Source: Hahella sp. CCB-MM4
GTDB lineage: Bacteria; Pseudomonadota; Gammaproteobacteria; Pseudomonadales; Oleiphilaceae
Assembly: GCF_002260525.1 (NCBI RefSeq)
Contig: NZ_MRYI01000012.1
Coordinates: forward strand, 117,395 to 181,394
DNA: 64,000 bases
Direction: 5' to 3'
This document shows positions 49,640 to 58,937 of the stretch, in pieces; the stretch's first letter is position 1; every line of letters begins with the position of its first letter. Made by a program: the position numbers and the translations under genes. A model generated the notes under the pieces. That model was not told the origin of the DNA. It searched no databases and saw only the letters and a program-made list of their open reading frames with translations.

Positions 49640-51685
49640 TTACTCCTCGTGTTTGAACTGACTTACCAGCTTCTGCTGAAGGGGAGGAGGAACAATATCG
49701 TAATGGCTGAACTCCATGGTAAATAGACCTTCCCCTCCCGTCATCGATTTCAATTTGGATTGGTAATCCTCAAGTTCTCCCATTGGCACCAGGGCCGTCA
49801 CAGCGACGCGGTTGCGGGGCAGGGAAGTGCTGCCGTTGATCATGCCTCTGGATGAAGAAAGGTGTCCGGTGATGTCCCCCAGGCTGCTGGCTGGAGCAGT
49901 AATTCTAAGGTGAACTACGGGCTCAAGGACTACAGGGTGGGCGGATCTTACCGCTTCCAGGAAGGCTTTTTTTCCTGCGGTTAAGAACGCAATTTCTTTT
50001 GAATCCACTGAGTGATGCTTGCCATCATATACCGTGACCCTGATGTCCTGCAGGGGATAGCCGGCAATCGCCCCGGAATCCAACACCTGCCGAATTCCTT
50101 TTTCAACACCTGGAATAAACTGAGAAGGAATAGCGCCACCGACAACTTTGTTCTCGAATTCGAATCCTTTGCCTCTATCCAACGGTGCAATCCGCAGGAA
50201 GACTTCGCCAAACTGACCGGCACCGCCGGTTTGCTTCTTGTGGCGATGATGCCCGTCCGCCGGTTTGGTGATGGTTTCTCTATAGGCGATGGACGGCGGA
50301 TGGGTTTTCACTTCTACATTAAACTGCTCCTTCATTCTCTCAAGGACCACTTTCAGGTGCATATCCCCCATTCCATACATCACGGTTTCATTGAGAGAAG
50401 CACGGTGTTCAATTTGAAGGCTGGGATCCTCAGCGGACAGTTTTTGCAGCGCCTCAGAAAGTTTCTGTTCATCGCCGCGACGGGTCGGCTCTATGGCAAT
50501 ACCGTAAAGGGGAGGCGGGAACTCGACGGATTTGAGGTGATAGTGATCCTCTTCATTGGAATCATGAAGAACCGCATCAAATTCTATGTCTTCTACCTTT
50601 GATACTGCGCAGATGTCGCCAGGTATGCCGAGACTGACTTCCCAGGTCTTCTTGCCCTGTAGTTTTAAAAGATGGGAAACCTTGAACGGTTTTCGTGAAT
50701 GCCCGATATACAGTTGGGTATTCGGTGAAATAGTCCCTTGGTGAATTCTAAAAATTCCCAACCGACCCACATAGGGATCGACGGTTACTTTGAAAACATG
50801 TGCAACCGCGTGTTTTTCAGGGTCAGCCTCGACGATGGCCTTCACGGCATCTTGCCCCTCGCCTTTCAGGAACAACGGCGGATTGCTTTCCAGCGGGGTG
50901 GGCATCAGACGGGCAAACACCTGCAGAAGTTCATCGATACCTGCGCCGGTCTGGGCGGAGACAAAGCACACCGGAATCAGGTGTCCTTCCCGCAATGCTT
51001 CTTCAAAGGGCTCATGTAGCTGTTCTGGAGTCAGTGCCTGTCCCTGTTCAAGATAGATCTCCATCAATTCTTCATCGACTTCCACGACCTGGTCCACCAT
51101 CGCATCGTGAGCTTCTTTGACGGATGAAAAGTCAGTGGCAAGAGATTCGTCAGGAGAAAAGAAACAATCCACCACACGGTTGCCGTTATCCGTGGGGAGG
51201 TTAATCGGCAGGCATTCAGAACCGAAGGTTTCCTGGATATTGTCCAACAGCTCCGTAAAATTCAGGTCATTGGTATCGATCTTATTGACGATAATCATGC
51301 GACAGAGGTTGCGTTGTCTGGCAGCGGTCATGACCCGTTCGGTGACCATTTCCACTCCGGCCTGAGCATTGATGACGATGGCTGCGGAGTCGGCCGCGGG
51401 CAGGACGCATAGCGCTCTTCCAATAAAATCCGGATACCCCGGAGTGTCCAGAAAATTAATATGCGCGCTTTCAAAATCGAGGCTGCATACGGAGCTGTAT
51501 AGAGAATGTCCCAGTTCTTTTTCCTGGGGATCGAAGTCAGTCAGTGTGGTGCCTTTATCCACACTGCCCGCGGAGGGAATCTCGCCCGATCGCGCCAGCA
51601 GAGCTTCAAGAAGGGTAGTCTTTCCTGAGCCGACATGGCCGAGAAGTGCAATGTTGCGTATGTTGTCGGTATGGTATTGTGCCAT
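49640..51685 (-). CDS. fusA2: elongation factor G paralog (EF-G2-like translational GTPase)
   Basis: G-domain motifs GHVGSGKTT, DTPGYPDF, NKID; 681 aa with EF-G domains II-V. Confidence 0.85.
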   Translation of the reverse strand: MAQYHTDNIRNIALLGHVGSGKTTLLEALLARSGEIPSAGSVDKGTTLTDFDPQEKELGHSLYSSVCSLDFESAHINFLDTPGYPDFIGRALCVLPAADSAAIVINAQAGVEMVTERVMTAARQRNLCRMIIVNKIDTNDLNFTELLDNIQETFGSECLPINLPTDNGNRVVDCFFSPDESLATDFSSVKEAHDAMVDQVVEVDEELMEIYLEQGQALTPEQLHEPFEEALREGHLIPVCFVSAQTGAGIDELLQVFARLMPTPLESNPPLFLKGEGQDAVKAIVEADPEKHAVAHVFKVTVDPYVGRLGIFRIHQGTISPNTQLYIGHSRKPFKVSHLLKLQGKKTWEVSLGIPGDICAVSKVEDIEFDAVLHDSNEEDHYHLKSVEFPPPLYGIAIEPTRRGDEQKLSEALQKLSAEDPSLQIEHRASLNETVMYGMGDMHLKVVLERMKEQFNVEVKTHPPSIAYRETITKPADGHHRHKKQTGGAGQFGEVFLRIAPLDRGKGFEFENKVVGGAIPSQFIPGVEKGIRQVLDSGAIAGYPLQDIRVTVYDGKHHSVDSKEIAFLTAGKKAFLEAVRSAHPVVLEPVVHLRITAPASSLGDITGHLSSSRGMINGSTSLPRNRVAVTALVPMGELEDYQSKLKSMTGGEGLFTMEFSHYDIVPPPLQQKLVSQFKHEE

Positions 51686-51923
51686 TACGCTGCCCCTTGT
51701 TTATTGTCAGGTGTGAGGTCGCAAAGACCCATTGGAGCTTCGGCCAGTCGCCGGACTACTCGCAACTTCTGACTATCTCAACTACAGCGTACTGGCATTT
51801 TTAGCTGGATAACTCGTGCTTATATAGTCATTAAAGCAAAAAAGTGCAGTAAGGTGAAAATCGCCAGTGAGTTTTTCGATACTGAAAAGTCTGATAAATT
51901 CTGCCGCCGGTGACTGAAGTTAG

Positions 51924-52709
51924 ATGTTGTACAGGCGAATAATGAAAAAAATCATTGGCATAATCTTTTTACTATTTATTACTTTGACCTCGGTAGCTTT
52001 GTTTGCCGGCGCTCTTGTCCTCTGGTTGCTCACCCGCTGGTTTGATCATCGTCTGGTCTATCTGCATCGCTATACCTGCTTCTGGGCATATTTGTATGTC
52101 TGGTCAATGCCGGCCTGGCAGGTGAGTTTTATCGACAGGCATAAAATTAATCCCCGACGCACTTATGTGGTGGTCTCCAATCACCAATCCCTGCTGGATA
52201 TATTGGTCGTTTTCGGGCTGTTCTTTCATTTTAAGTGGGTATCTAAAGCAGAAATTTTCCAGGTGCCGTTGATCGGCTGGAATATGGTCCTCAACCGCTA
52301 TGTCAAATTGAAGCGGGGAGATGCCGAGAGTATCGGACAGATGATGAGTGCTGCGGAGACCCATTTGAAAGGGCAGAGTTCTGTTTATCTGTTCCCTGAA
52401 GGCACTCGGTCATTTGACGGTCGATTGAAGAGCTTCAAGCCCGGAGCGTTTATCCTGGCGAAGAAGCTTGGCCTGCCAATATTGCCGATAGTGATCGAAG
52501 GAACCACTCACGCCCTGCCCAAACACAGTCTTGAGTTTCACGGGCGTCACCCCATCTGCGTAAAGGTGATGGATACAATTGAACCGGAATCCTTTGCCCA
52601 GATGAGTGATACTGAACTGGCTGAATATACCCGTCGGAAATTTGCCGAGGAACTGGCCCGGTTACGTCATACATCGGTGGATCAGGTCGTCGCCCCATGT
52701 AATGGGTAA
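51924..52709 (+). CDS. lysophospholipid acyltransferase (PlsC family)
   Basis: HQSLLD (HX4D) and FPEGTRS motifs; N-terminal TM helix. Confidence 0.85.
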   Translation: MLYRRIMKKIIGIIFLLFITLTSVALFAGALVLWLLTRWFDHRLVYLHRYTCFWAYLYVWSMPAWQVSFIDRHKINPRRTYVVVSNHQSLLDILVVFGLFFHFKWVSKAEIFQVPLIGWNMVLNRYVKLKRGDAESIGQMMSAAETHLKGQSSVYLFPEGTRSFDGRLKSFKPGAFILAKKLGLPILPIVIEGTTHALPKHSLEFHGRHPICVKVMDTIEPESFAQMSDTELAEYTRRKFAEELARLRHTSVDQVVAPCNG

Positions 52710-52787
52710 AAGCCAGTCATTCGGGATCAGTCATCGCTTTATCCAGAATCAGTCGTCGCTTTACCCTGAATCAGTCATCGCTGAGTG
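52681..52787. repeat. degenerate ~22-bp tandem repeats (GAATCAGTCATCGCTTTACCC-type); the first copy lies inside the plsC 3' coding end
   Basis: read from the sequence. Confidence 0.65.
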
Positions 52788-53058
52788 CTACCCGGTCATA
52801 GATTCCCGTGACATTGGAAAAGTGCAGGACCACCGTATGGGCGTAACGCTTTTCTGAATCATGCAGGTGATATTTAAAGCGACTCTGTTTACCGGTTTGA
52901 AGAAACGTATCATAGTCCTTCACCAGCTCCCGGACATCGCTGGTCAGTTCAGTGCTCCAGGTTGCTTTAAACGGCCCCAGGACAGCTCCCCCGTCCAGGC
53001 AAATAGTCACTTCGTGGTTGGTTAGTGCTTTGTGTCCAGTCATAGGCATTTCCCTCAA
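52771..53058 (-). CDS. hypothetical small protein
   Basis: 95-aa ORF with no domain assigned. Confidence 0.4.
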   Translation of the reverse strand: MREMPMTGHKALTNHEVTICLDGGAVLGPFKATWSTELTSDVRELVKDYDTFLQTGKQSRFKYHLHDSEKRYAHTVVLHFSNVTGIYDRVALSDD

Positions 53059-53380
53059 GACGATAAAGGTCTTCCTTATTAGTTTAGTGAAACTTTAATT
53101 GGTCGGCTGCATATTCCCAGGTTTTGGAAACAAATATTCTTTCTTTAATGTTGCCATTTTGAAACCTGTAACTCTCTGATTTATTTCCGTATTTGCCTGA
53201 GGGGGATAGGTATGTTGCGAGTTTGCGACATTTCTCGGGTGAACGGTATAGATAGATATTCATAACCTTATGAAAATAAAGAGAAAATGTTAGTTGGCAT
53301 CAATGTTGATATGGTCAGCCTGAAATTCGCAGATGGCTTGAGATGGTATCTGTGACAGAAATTTAGAATAGAAGAAGGTA

Positions 53381-53857
53381 ATGACTATGCAAAAGGCGAT
53401 GAAAAACACCAGTGCCATGATTTTGGCCGGTTCTTTAATGGTAGGCGGTCTGCTAGCCTGTACCGACGAATCTCCAGTCCAGGAAGGAAACCCTCAAGCC
53501 GAGGCAGAGCAACAACCTTCTATGACTGAGGAAACTCAATCCTATACTGACACCGGTTCGACGATGAGTCAGGAAGCCATTTCTGCCGAACCTACCGATA
53601 TGGAGCGCCCTGTAATGGATGATTCCATGTCACCTTCAGAGCGTGCATTTACTGCCCTGGACGCAAACAGTGACTCCATGCTGGACGAAAATGAAGTCAC
53701 CGTTAATGCCACCATTCATCAGGATTTTGAAGCCATTGATCTGGACCAGAATGGCCTGGTTTCTCTCAATGAATTCATGGTCTATGCCGGTGACGCAACT
53801 GCCGCTGGTGCAGAAACTCCTGATCCTGCGGCAGACGCAGCGGTTCCAACTGAGTAA
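53381..53857 (+). CDS. secreted/lipoprotein-type acidic protein with two EF-hand-like calcium-binding loops
   Basis: signal peptide with Cys (LLAC); DANSDSMLDENEV and DLDQNGLVSLNEF loops. Confidence 0.6.
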   Translation: MTMQKAMKNTSAMILAGSLMVGGLLACTDESPVQEGNPQAEAEQQPSMTEETQSYTDTGSTMSQEAISAEPTDMERPVMDDSMSPSERAFTALDANSDSMLDENEVTVNATIHQDFEAIDLDQNGLVSLNEFMVYAGDATAAGAETPDPAADAAVPTE

Positions 53858-53870
53858 TTGACGGCTTAAA

Positions 53871-53922
53871 GGTCAGGTATTCAGGGATCTAGCCGGAAAT
53901 CTAGAGTACGAAATACCTGACC
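53871..53922. terminator. 11-bp perfect stem (GGTCAGGTATT...AATACCTGACC) with a 30-nt loop between the convergent genes; possible bidirectional terminator
   Basis: read from the sequence; U-tracts are poor. Confidence 0.35.
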
Positions 53923-53943
53923 AACGCTTCCTCACGGCCGGGT

Positions 53944-56900
53944 TTATGCGGCCTTTGTCTTTTTGAGCTCCTGGTCCAAATCCTTAATCGCTTGCTCGAA
54001 AGCTGTATACCACGTTGTGACGGATTCCTGCTCCTCGTTGGTTGCAAAGGTTTCAATCTGCAGGCAGATATATTGCACCCGGTTACCGCCAATGGTTCCT
54101 GTCAGGCCCTTTAACGAATGAGCAAGACGCCTGATCTCTTCGAAATCCATAGAGCCGTAGGCCTCCTGCAGCTTTGCAACTCGTTGGGGTGCTTCCTGCA
54201 GGAATAGGCCAATCATTTTGTTTAACACTGCTTCCTTATTGTCCATTCGGTGAAGGGCTCCCTTACTGTCCCAAACCGGCAGAGTACTCAACGATGGGTC
54301 GCCTTCATCAGACTCTTGAGTGGACTTTGCTGCTTCCTCCTCCAAGGGAAACGGGGAGGATGTATGCTGGTTTTCAATACCTGGAACCGGCGGCAGCCAG
54401 TTGATCAGCTTGGATTTTAATTCGGCCGGATCAATAGGCTTGGTGATGTAGTCATTCATTCCCGCCGCAAGACAACTGTCCCGGTCACCTGACATAGCAC
54501 CAGCCGTCAGTGCCAGAATGGGAATGTTTTTTAAATGGGAACCAGCCTGCCCCACTCTTATTTTTTTGGTGGCAGTGAAGCCATCCATTTTTGGCATTTG
54601 GCAGTCCATGAGAATTAACGAAGGAAGGTTATGCTCATTGCAATCTTTAAGGCGTTCCATGAGCTCCTGACCATTGCAGGCCAGGGTGATGTCAAAGCCG
54701 TATTCTTCCAAAAGGTCTTTGACGACTTCCCGATTGATCATGACGTCATCGGCAATCATCAGCCTGACACCCTTATATTCGTAGAGCTTGCTTTCCAGGT
54801 GTGAATTCCGCACTTTCTGGCTATTGAAAGGAATTGCCTCCTGATATTGGGCTGGGTAGAACTCCTGAATCATTTGTATCAGATCATAGGGAGATACAGG
54901 CTTCATCAGGATGTAAAGACTATCTGAAGTGGCGGGAAGGTCCACTTCATGAACTTGATCACTCATAACGGTGAGCTTTAGCTCTATTCCAATTTCCTGT
55001 AGCCGGGTAAGCGGATTTTGATGGCTGGAGCCTTGACTGACGAACTTGTTGTCAATCAGCACAATATCCGGTTTCTGATCACCGTCCTTCAGCTCATTCA
55101 AAGCATGTTCAAAAGAGTCTGTATGCCAGGTATGTGCCCGCCATAAGCCAAACTGTTGTTGAAGCGAAGAGGCCAATGTCTGGTTGTCTTCGATGATCCA
55201 GATATACTTATCCTCAAGTGAAATAGCCTCCTCCCATGCGGCCTCGTTTTGTTGCCCTCTGCCCAACTGAATCTCTACTTTAAACACCGATCCGGTTGAG
55301 GGTGTGCTGTCAACTGAGGCGCTTCCGTTCATCAGGTGGCATAAGTGTCGAGTAATGGAGAGACCCAGTCCTGTGCCGCCAAATTCTCTCGTGGTGCTGT
55401 TGTCTGCCTGGGTAAAGGCATGAAAAAGTTTGCGCTGTTTTTCCGGTTTGATGCCAATGCCGGTATCTCTGACGACGATACTGACAGACACCTCCGAATC
55501 ACCGAGTTGTCTGGTCGATACCGTGACTTCAATTTCACCTTTGGACGTAAACTTGATGGCATTCCCCAATAGATTCATGAGGATTTGTTTTAGCCGATGA
55601 GGGTCACCAATGACAAAAGGTTGCTGAACCCCACTGAAGTCGGTAATCAGTTCCAGCCCCTTTTCCTGAGCCTTGAGCGCGACAGATGAGATTAGGGTGC
55701 AAGTCGTATCAATCAGGTTGAATTCGATGTACTCAAGATCAAGTTTTCCAGCTTCGATCTTGGAGAGGTCCAGTATGTCATTAATCAGGGCCGACAACGT
55801 TTCACAGCTGGCCTCAGCCATGGCCAGATATTTTTCCTGCTGCTCTGAAAGCGTTCCCCGTTTCAAGAGGTTGAGCATGCCGAATATGCCGTTCATGGGA
55901 GTGCGAATTTCGTGGCTCATGTTGGCGACGAAATCGCTCTTTAACTTGCTGGCTGTTAATGCCTGATTGCGGGCTTCCTCCAGTTCTGAGGTGCGTTCTT
56001 TTACCTGTGATTCAAGAGATGTGTTCAGTTCTAAAATCCGATCTTCAAAGTCTTTACGCTCTGAAATGTCCCTTACCACAATAGCGGCCCCTAGTATTTC
56101 CTGATTTGGGCTTTTAATCGGGGAAATGGTTAAAGCGACAACAAATTCAGACTGTTGATCACTGGTCAAAATTTTAGTCTCCACAGGAGGAAGACTCTCG
56201 CCCGCCAGAACGCGTTGAATATGATTGAGGTTGAACATTTCAGGATTCTTTACCCTGATAAAGTCAAAGACTCCTCTACCAATGACATCCTGCTCAGATA
56301 AGTTGAGCATGTTGGTGGCAGACCGGTTCCAACTGGTGACGGTGCCTTTTTCATCCACCCCGATAATGGCATCGCTCGAACCATTGATCATCGCCTCATA
56401 CTGTGTCTGTGTTTTACTCAACTCAAGACGGCTGTTCATAAATCGCTGGTAAAAGAAAAGAATGATGGATACGACAATCAGAATTATTGAGACAAGCGCA
56501 ATGGATGACAGCCGGCGTTGTATTAATGCACTGCCGATAACCTCATTGGACACCATGGAAATCAGAGTGAGGTGCCGATCTTCATCCGGGCGTGATAGCC
56601 AGATTTTCCGTTTGAGGTAAAACACGGAGATGTTGTCAGAGGATTTGGCTGTCAGGAGTTTGCCATCCTCGGGAGACTGTTCCTGCTTCTGGGTAAATAC
56701 ATCCTTCCATTTTTGATCTGATCCCAGGTCAAAGCCAAAGTCTTTATCCGGATCCAGGTGCAGCATGAAATGGTCGTGATCGTTCAACAAGATCAGTTGG
56801 ATATGATTGCCAATATTGTTTTTGAGTTCTTTAAACAGGGGGCGGGCATCAATGTTGATCACGACCATGCCGAACATTTTATCGGGTCCGGAAAATACAG

Positions 56901-57507
56901 GCACTGTGACACGAAAGGCCGGCACTGGGGGAAATTGAATTTTTCCATACTCCCGGTTGAGTGTAATGTCTGAAACGTAGATCTCACCGGGCTTAAGCTG
57001 AAGGGTATCCTGAAAGTAAGGTTCGTTTTGTTTTTCCTGGAGATAGATGCCTTCAACAAGATTGATGTTGCCGAGGTCTCTCTGGGCTCTCACCAGCTCT
57101 TTGCCGTTGTCGTCAACTCCGATATAGCGCACCTGAAAGATATTGGGATTATTCTCCAGTAAAGCAACGAAGATAATTTGTAACCGCTTGATCCAGATGT
57201 CATATGGCGTTTGATCGTTCGGATCTATACCTCCGTTAGCCTGTGCCCTGACAATGCCTTGAATCGGCGGAGTGGAGTATATGAATCTGGTCTGTCTTTT
57301 GGCCCGTTCGATGGCAGAGGACAACTGGTTCGCAGTTGTGGATGTCTGGACGGAGATCAGGTCATTGAATTCTTCCAGGGTTTGTCGTCGGGCGTTCTGC
57401 TCAGACAGAACAACCAGAATAATTCCGACAATAATCAGGAAGGAGAAAGAGATCAGAAGAAAGCGTCGAGAGCCGGTATCCTTGAGTTGACGATTTTGGC
57501 TAACCAT
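53944..57507 (-). CDS. hybrid sensor histidine kinase: periplasmic sensor, PAS, HisKA, HATPase, two REC domains and a C-terminal Hpt
   Basis: H-box MSHEIRTPMNG; G-box DTGIGI...GGTGLGL; two D-containing REC domains; Hpt with AHSLKG. Confidence 0.9.
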   Translation of the reverse strand: MVSQNRQLKDTGSRRFLLISFSFLIIVGIILVVLSEQNARRQTLEEFNDLISVQTSTTANQLSSAIERAKRQTRFIYSTPPIQGIVRAQANGGIDPNDQTPYDIWIKRLQIIFVALLENNPNIFQVRYIGVDDNGKELVRAQRDLGNINLVEGIYLQEKQNEPYFQDTLQLKPGEIYVSDITLNREYGKIQFPPVPAFRVTVPVFSGPDKMFGMVVINIDARPLFKELKNNIGNHIQLILLNDHDHFMLHLDPDKDFGFDLGSDQKWKDVFTQKQEQSPEDGKLLTAKSSDNISVFYLKRKIWLSRPDEDRHLTLISMVSNEVIGSALIQRRLSSIALVSIILIVVSIILFFYQRFMNSRLELSKTQTQYEAMINGSSDAIIGVDEKGTVTSWNRSATNMLNLSEQDVIGRGVFDFIRVKNPEMFNLNHIQRVLAGESLPPVETKILTSDQQSEFVVALTISPIKSPNQEILGAAIVVRDISERKDFEDRILELNTSLESQVKERTSELEEARNQALTASKLKSDFVANMSHEIRTPMNGIFGMLNLLKRGTLSEQQEKYLAMAEASCETLSALINDILDLSKIEAGKLDLEYIEFNLIDTTCTLISSVALKAQEKGLELITDFSGVQQPFVIGDPHRLKQILMNLLGNAIKFTSKGEIEVTVSTRQLGDSEVSVSIVVRDTGIGIKPEKQRKLFHAFTQADNSTTREFGGTGLGLSITRHLCHLMNGSASVDSTPSTGSVFKVEIQLGRGQQNEAAWEEAISLEDKYIWIIEDNQTLASSLQQQFGLWRAHTWHTDSFEHALNELKDGDQKPDIVLIDNKFVSQGSSHQNPLTRLQEIGIELKLTVMSDQVHEVDLPATSDSLYILMKPVSPYDLIQMIQEFYPAQYQEAIPFNSQKVRNSHLESKLYEYKGVRLMIADDVMINREVVKDLLEEYGFDITLACNGQELMERLKDCNEHNLPSLILMDCQMPKMDGFTATKKIRVGQAGSHLKNIPILALTAGAMSGDRDSCLAAGMNDYITKPIDPAELKSKLINWLPPVPGIENQHTSSPFPLEEEAAKSTQESDEGDPSLSTLPVWDSKGALHRMDNKEAVLNKMIGLFLQEAPQRVAKLQEAYGSMDFEEIRRLAHSLKGLTGTIGGNRVQYICLQIETFATNEEQESVTTWYTAFEQAIKDLDQELKKTKAA

Positions 57508-57690
57508 ATCGTTTCCCTACCTGAGCTACCTACTGAGGTAGCAGGTTTCCGTTCAAAGAGTGATCAAATAGGCTGGTAACAAAGAGCATAGCAGCAAATA
57601 GTCTATTTGCTATGTGGGGCCTTCGAATTTGCCGCAAGTGCAATATTCGACGCACGAAAGTTGATTGAGGTTTCCACTGTCCGGAACGGA

Positions 57691-58644
57691 TCAAGCGGCC
57701 ATTCTAAAACAGTTTCTTCCGCCTTCTTTCGCTTGATAAAGTTTCTGGTCTGCAATGGCGAGCAGCTCATCTACCTGGAGTGTTGTGGAGTCTGTAATTG
57801 CCACTCCAATACTGATGGTGATGTGTCCAAAAGACGAAAGTCCGTGTGGCAAAGACAGATTTCTGATTTCTGCAAGAATATTGCCTGCGAGGTGCGTGGC
57901 TCCTTTGGGGTCTGTGTCCGGTAGTACACAGGCGAACTCTTCCCCTCCATAGCGTGCCACAATATCCAAAGGCCGCATCAAAGAACCTTTCAATGTTTGC
58001 GCAATCGTTCTCAGGCAGTCATCCCCTGCAAGGTGACCATAGTGGTCATTGAATTTCTTGAACCAATCCACGTCTATCAGCATCAGCGAAAGTGGGGTTT
58101 GGTTACGTCGAGACTGACTTAACTGCCTGGATAGGTAATCATCAAAATAGCGTCTGTTATATACACTGGTCAGGCCATCCAGGTAAGCCATCTCCCGTAG
58201 TGCGTCTCCCTGGAGTTTTAGTGTCAGCAGTGCCTTGGCTTTATGGATGAGGGTGGGAGCGTTGATGGGTTTGGCAAGGATGTCCATGCCACCCGACTGC
58301 CAACATTTGTTTTCTTCCTCCGGGCTTGAGATTGCGGTGACGAAAATGACGGGTATATGGTGAGTATCAGGATGTTGCTTTAGTTTCTGACAGGCATCGT
58401 AACCACTCATGTCCTCCATCATGACATCCATCAGGACCAAATCGGGGGGATTCGTCAGGCAAATATCGAGTGCAGTCTTTCCCCCACTGGCTTCCACTAC
58501 ACGAAAGTGGCCTTCCAGGGTAAGTCTGAGCAGGGTCCGGTTAAACTCTTCATCGTCCACAATCAGAACAGTAGTCTGGCTGAATGGCCGGAGGGGATGA
58601 TGAAAAATACCGCCGCTGGCGTCTGTCGATTTTTCGAGAGTCAT
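57691..58644 (-). CDS. response regulator with a diguanylate cyclase (GGDEF) output domain
   Basis: REC (LIVDDEEF...DLVLMD) followed by a GGDEF domain with the GGEEF active site. Confidence 0.9.
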   Translation of the reverse strand: MTLEKSTDASGGIFHHPLRPFSQTTVLIVDDEEFNRTLLRLTLEGHFRVVEASGGKTALDICLTNPPDLVLMDVMMEDMSGYDACQKLKQHPDTHHIPVIFVTAISSPEEENKCWQSGGMDILAKPINAPTLIHKAKALLTLKLQGDALREMAYLDGLTSVYNRRYFDDYLSRQLSQSRRNQTPLSLMLIDVDWFKKFNDHYGHLAGDDCLRTIAQTLKGSLMRPLDIVARYGGEEFACVLPDTDPKGATHLAGNILAEIRNLSLPHGLSSFGHITISIGVAITDSTTLQVDELLAIADQKLYQAKEGGRNCFRMAA

Positions 58645-58680
58645 CCATGGTCCTTTTGGAAGTCGGTCCTAATTAGCCAC

Positions 58681-58800
58681 AGTATTCCGGTTAAACAAAG
58701 AGTATTCCGATTAAACAAAGAATACACCGGTTAAGCAAAGAGTATAACGGTTAACCAGAGAGTATGATTGTTAATCATAGAGTATAGCTGATAACCATAG
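58681..58800. repeat. six perfectly phased 20-bp direct repeats (consensus AGTATnCCGGTTAAACAAAG) in the divergent intergenic region between the two c-di-GMP genes
   Basis: units at 58681, 58701, 58721, 58741, 58761 and 58781, each with a GTTAA-type core. Confidence 0.8.
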
Positions 58801-58937
58801 TACAACTGGAATGTAAGGCAACTCTGCTTATCGTGAATGCGGCAATTTGTCCTTGAAATCTAGGGGATCTCAACAATACTCAATCCATCGGGAGTCGGAT
58901 TTCGTAGTCTGTTTACAGAATAATATGGAAATTCATC

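Noticed and set aside
58681-58800. Considered whether the tandem repeat arrays could be CRISPR arrays
   Set aside because: Units are contiguous and degenerate with no interspersed unique spacers. Arrays are short (3-6 units), differ at every locus, and no cas genes are present.
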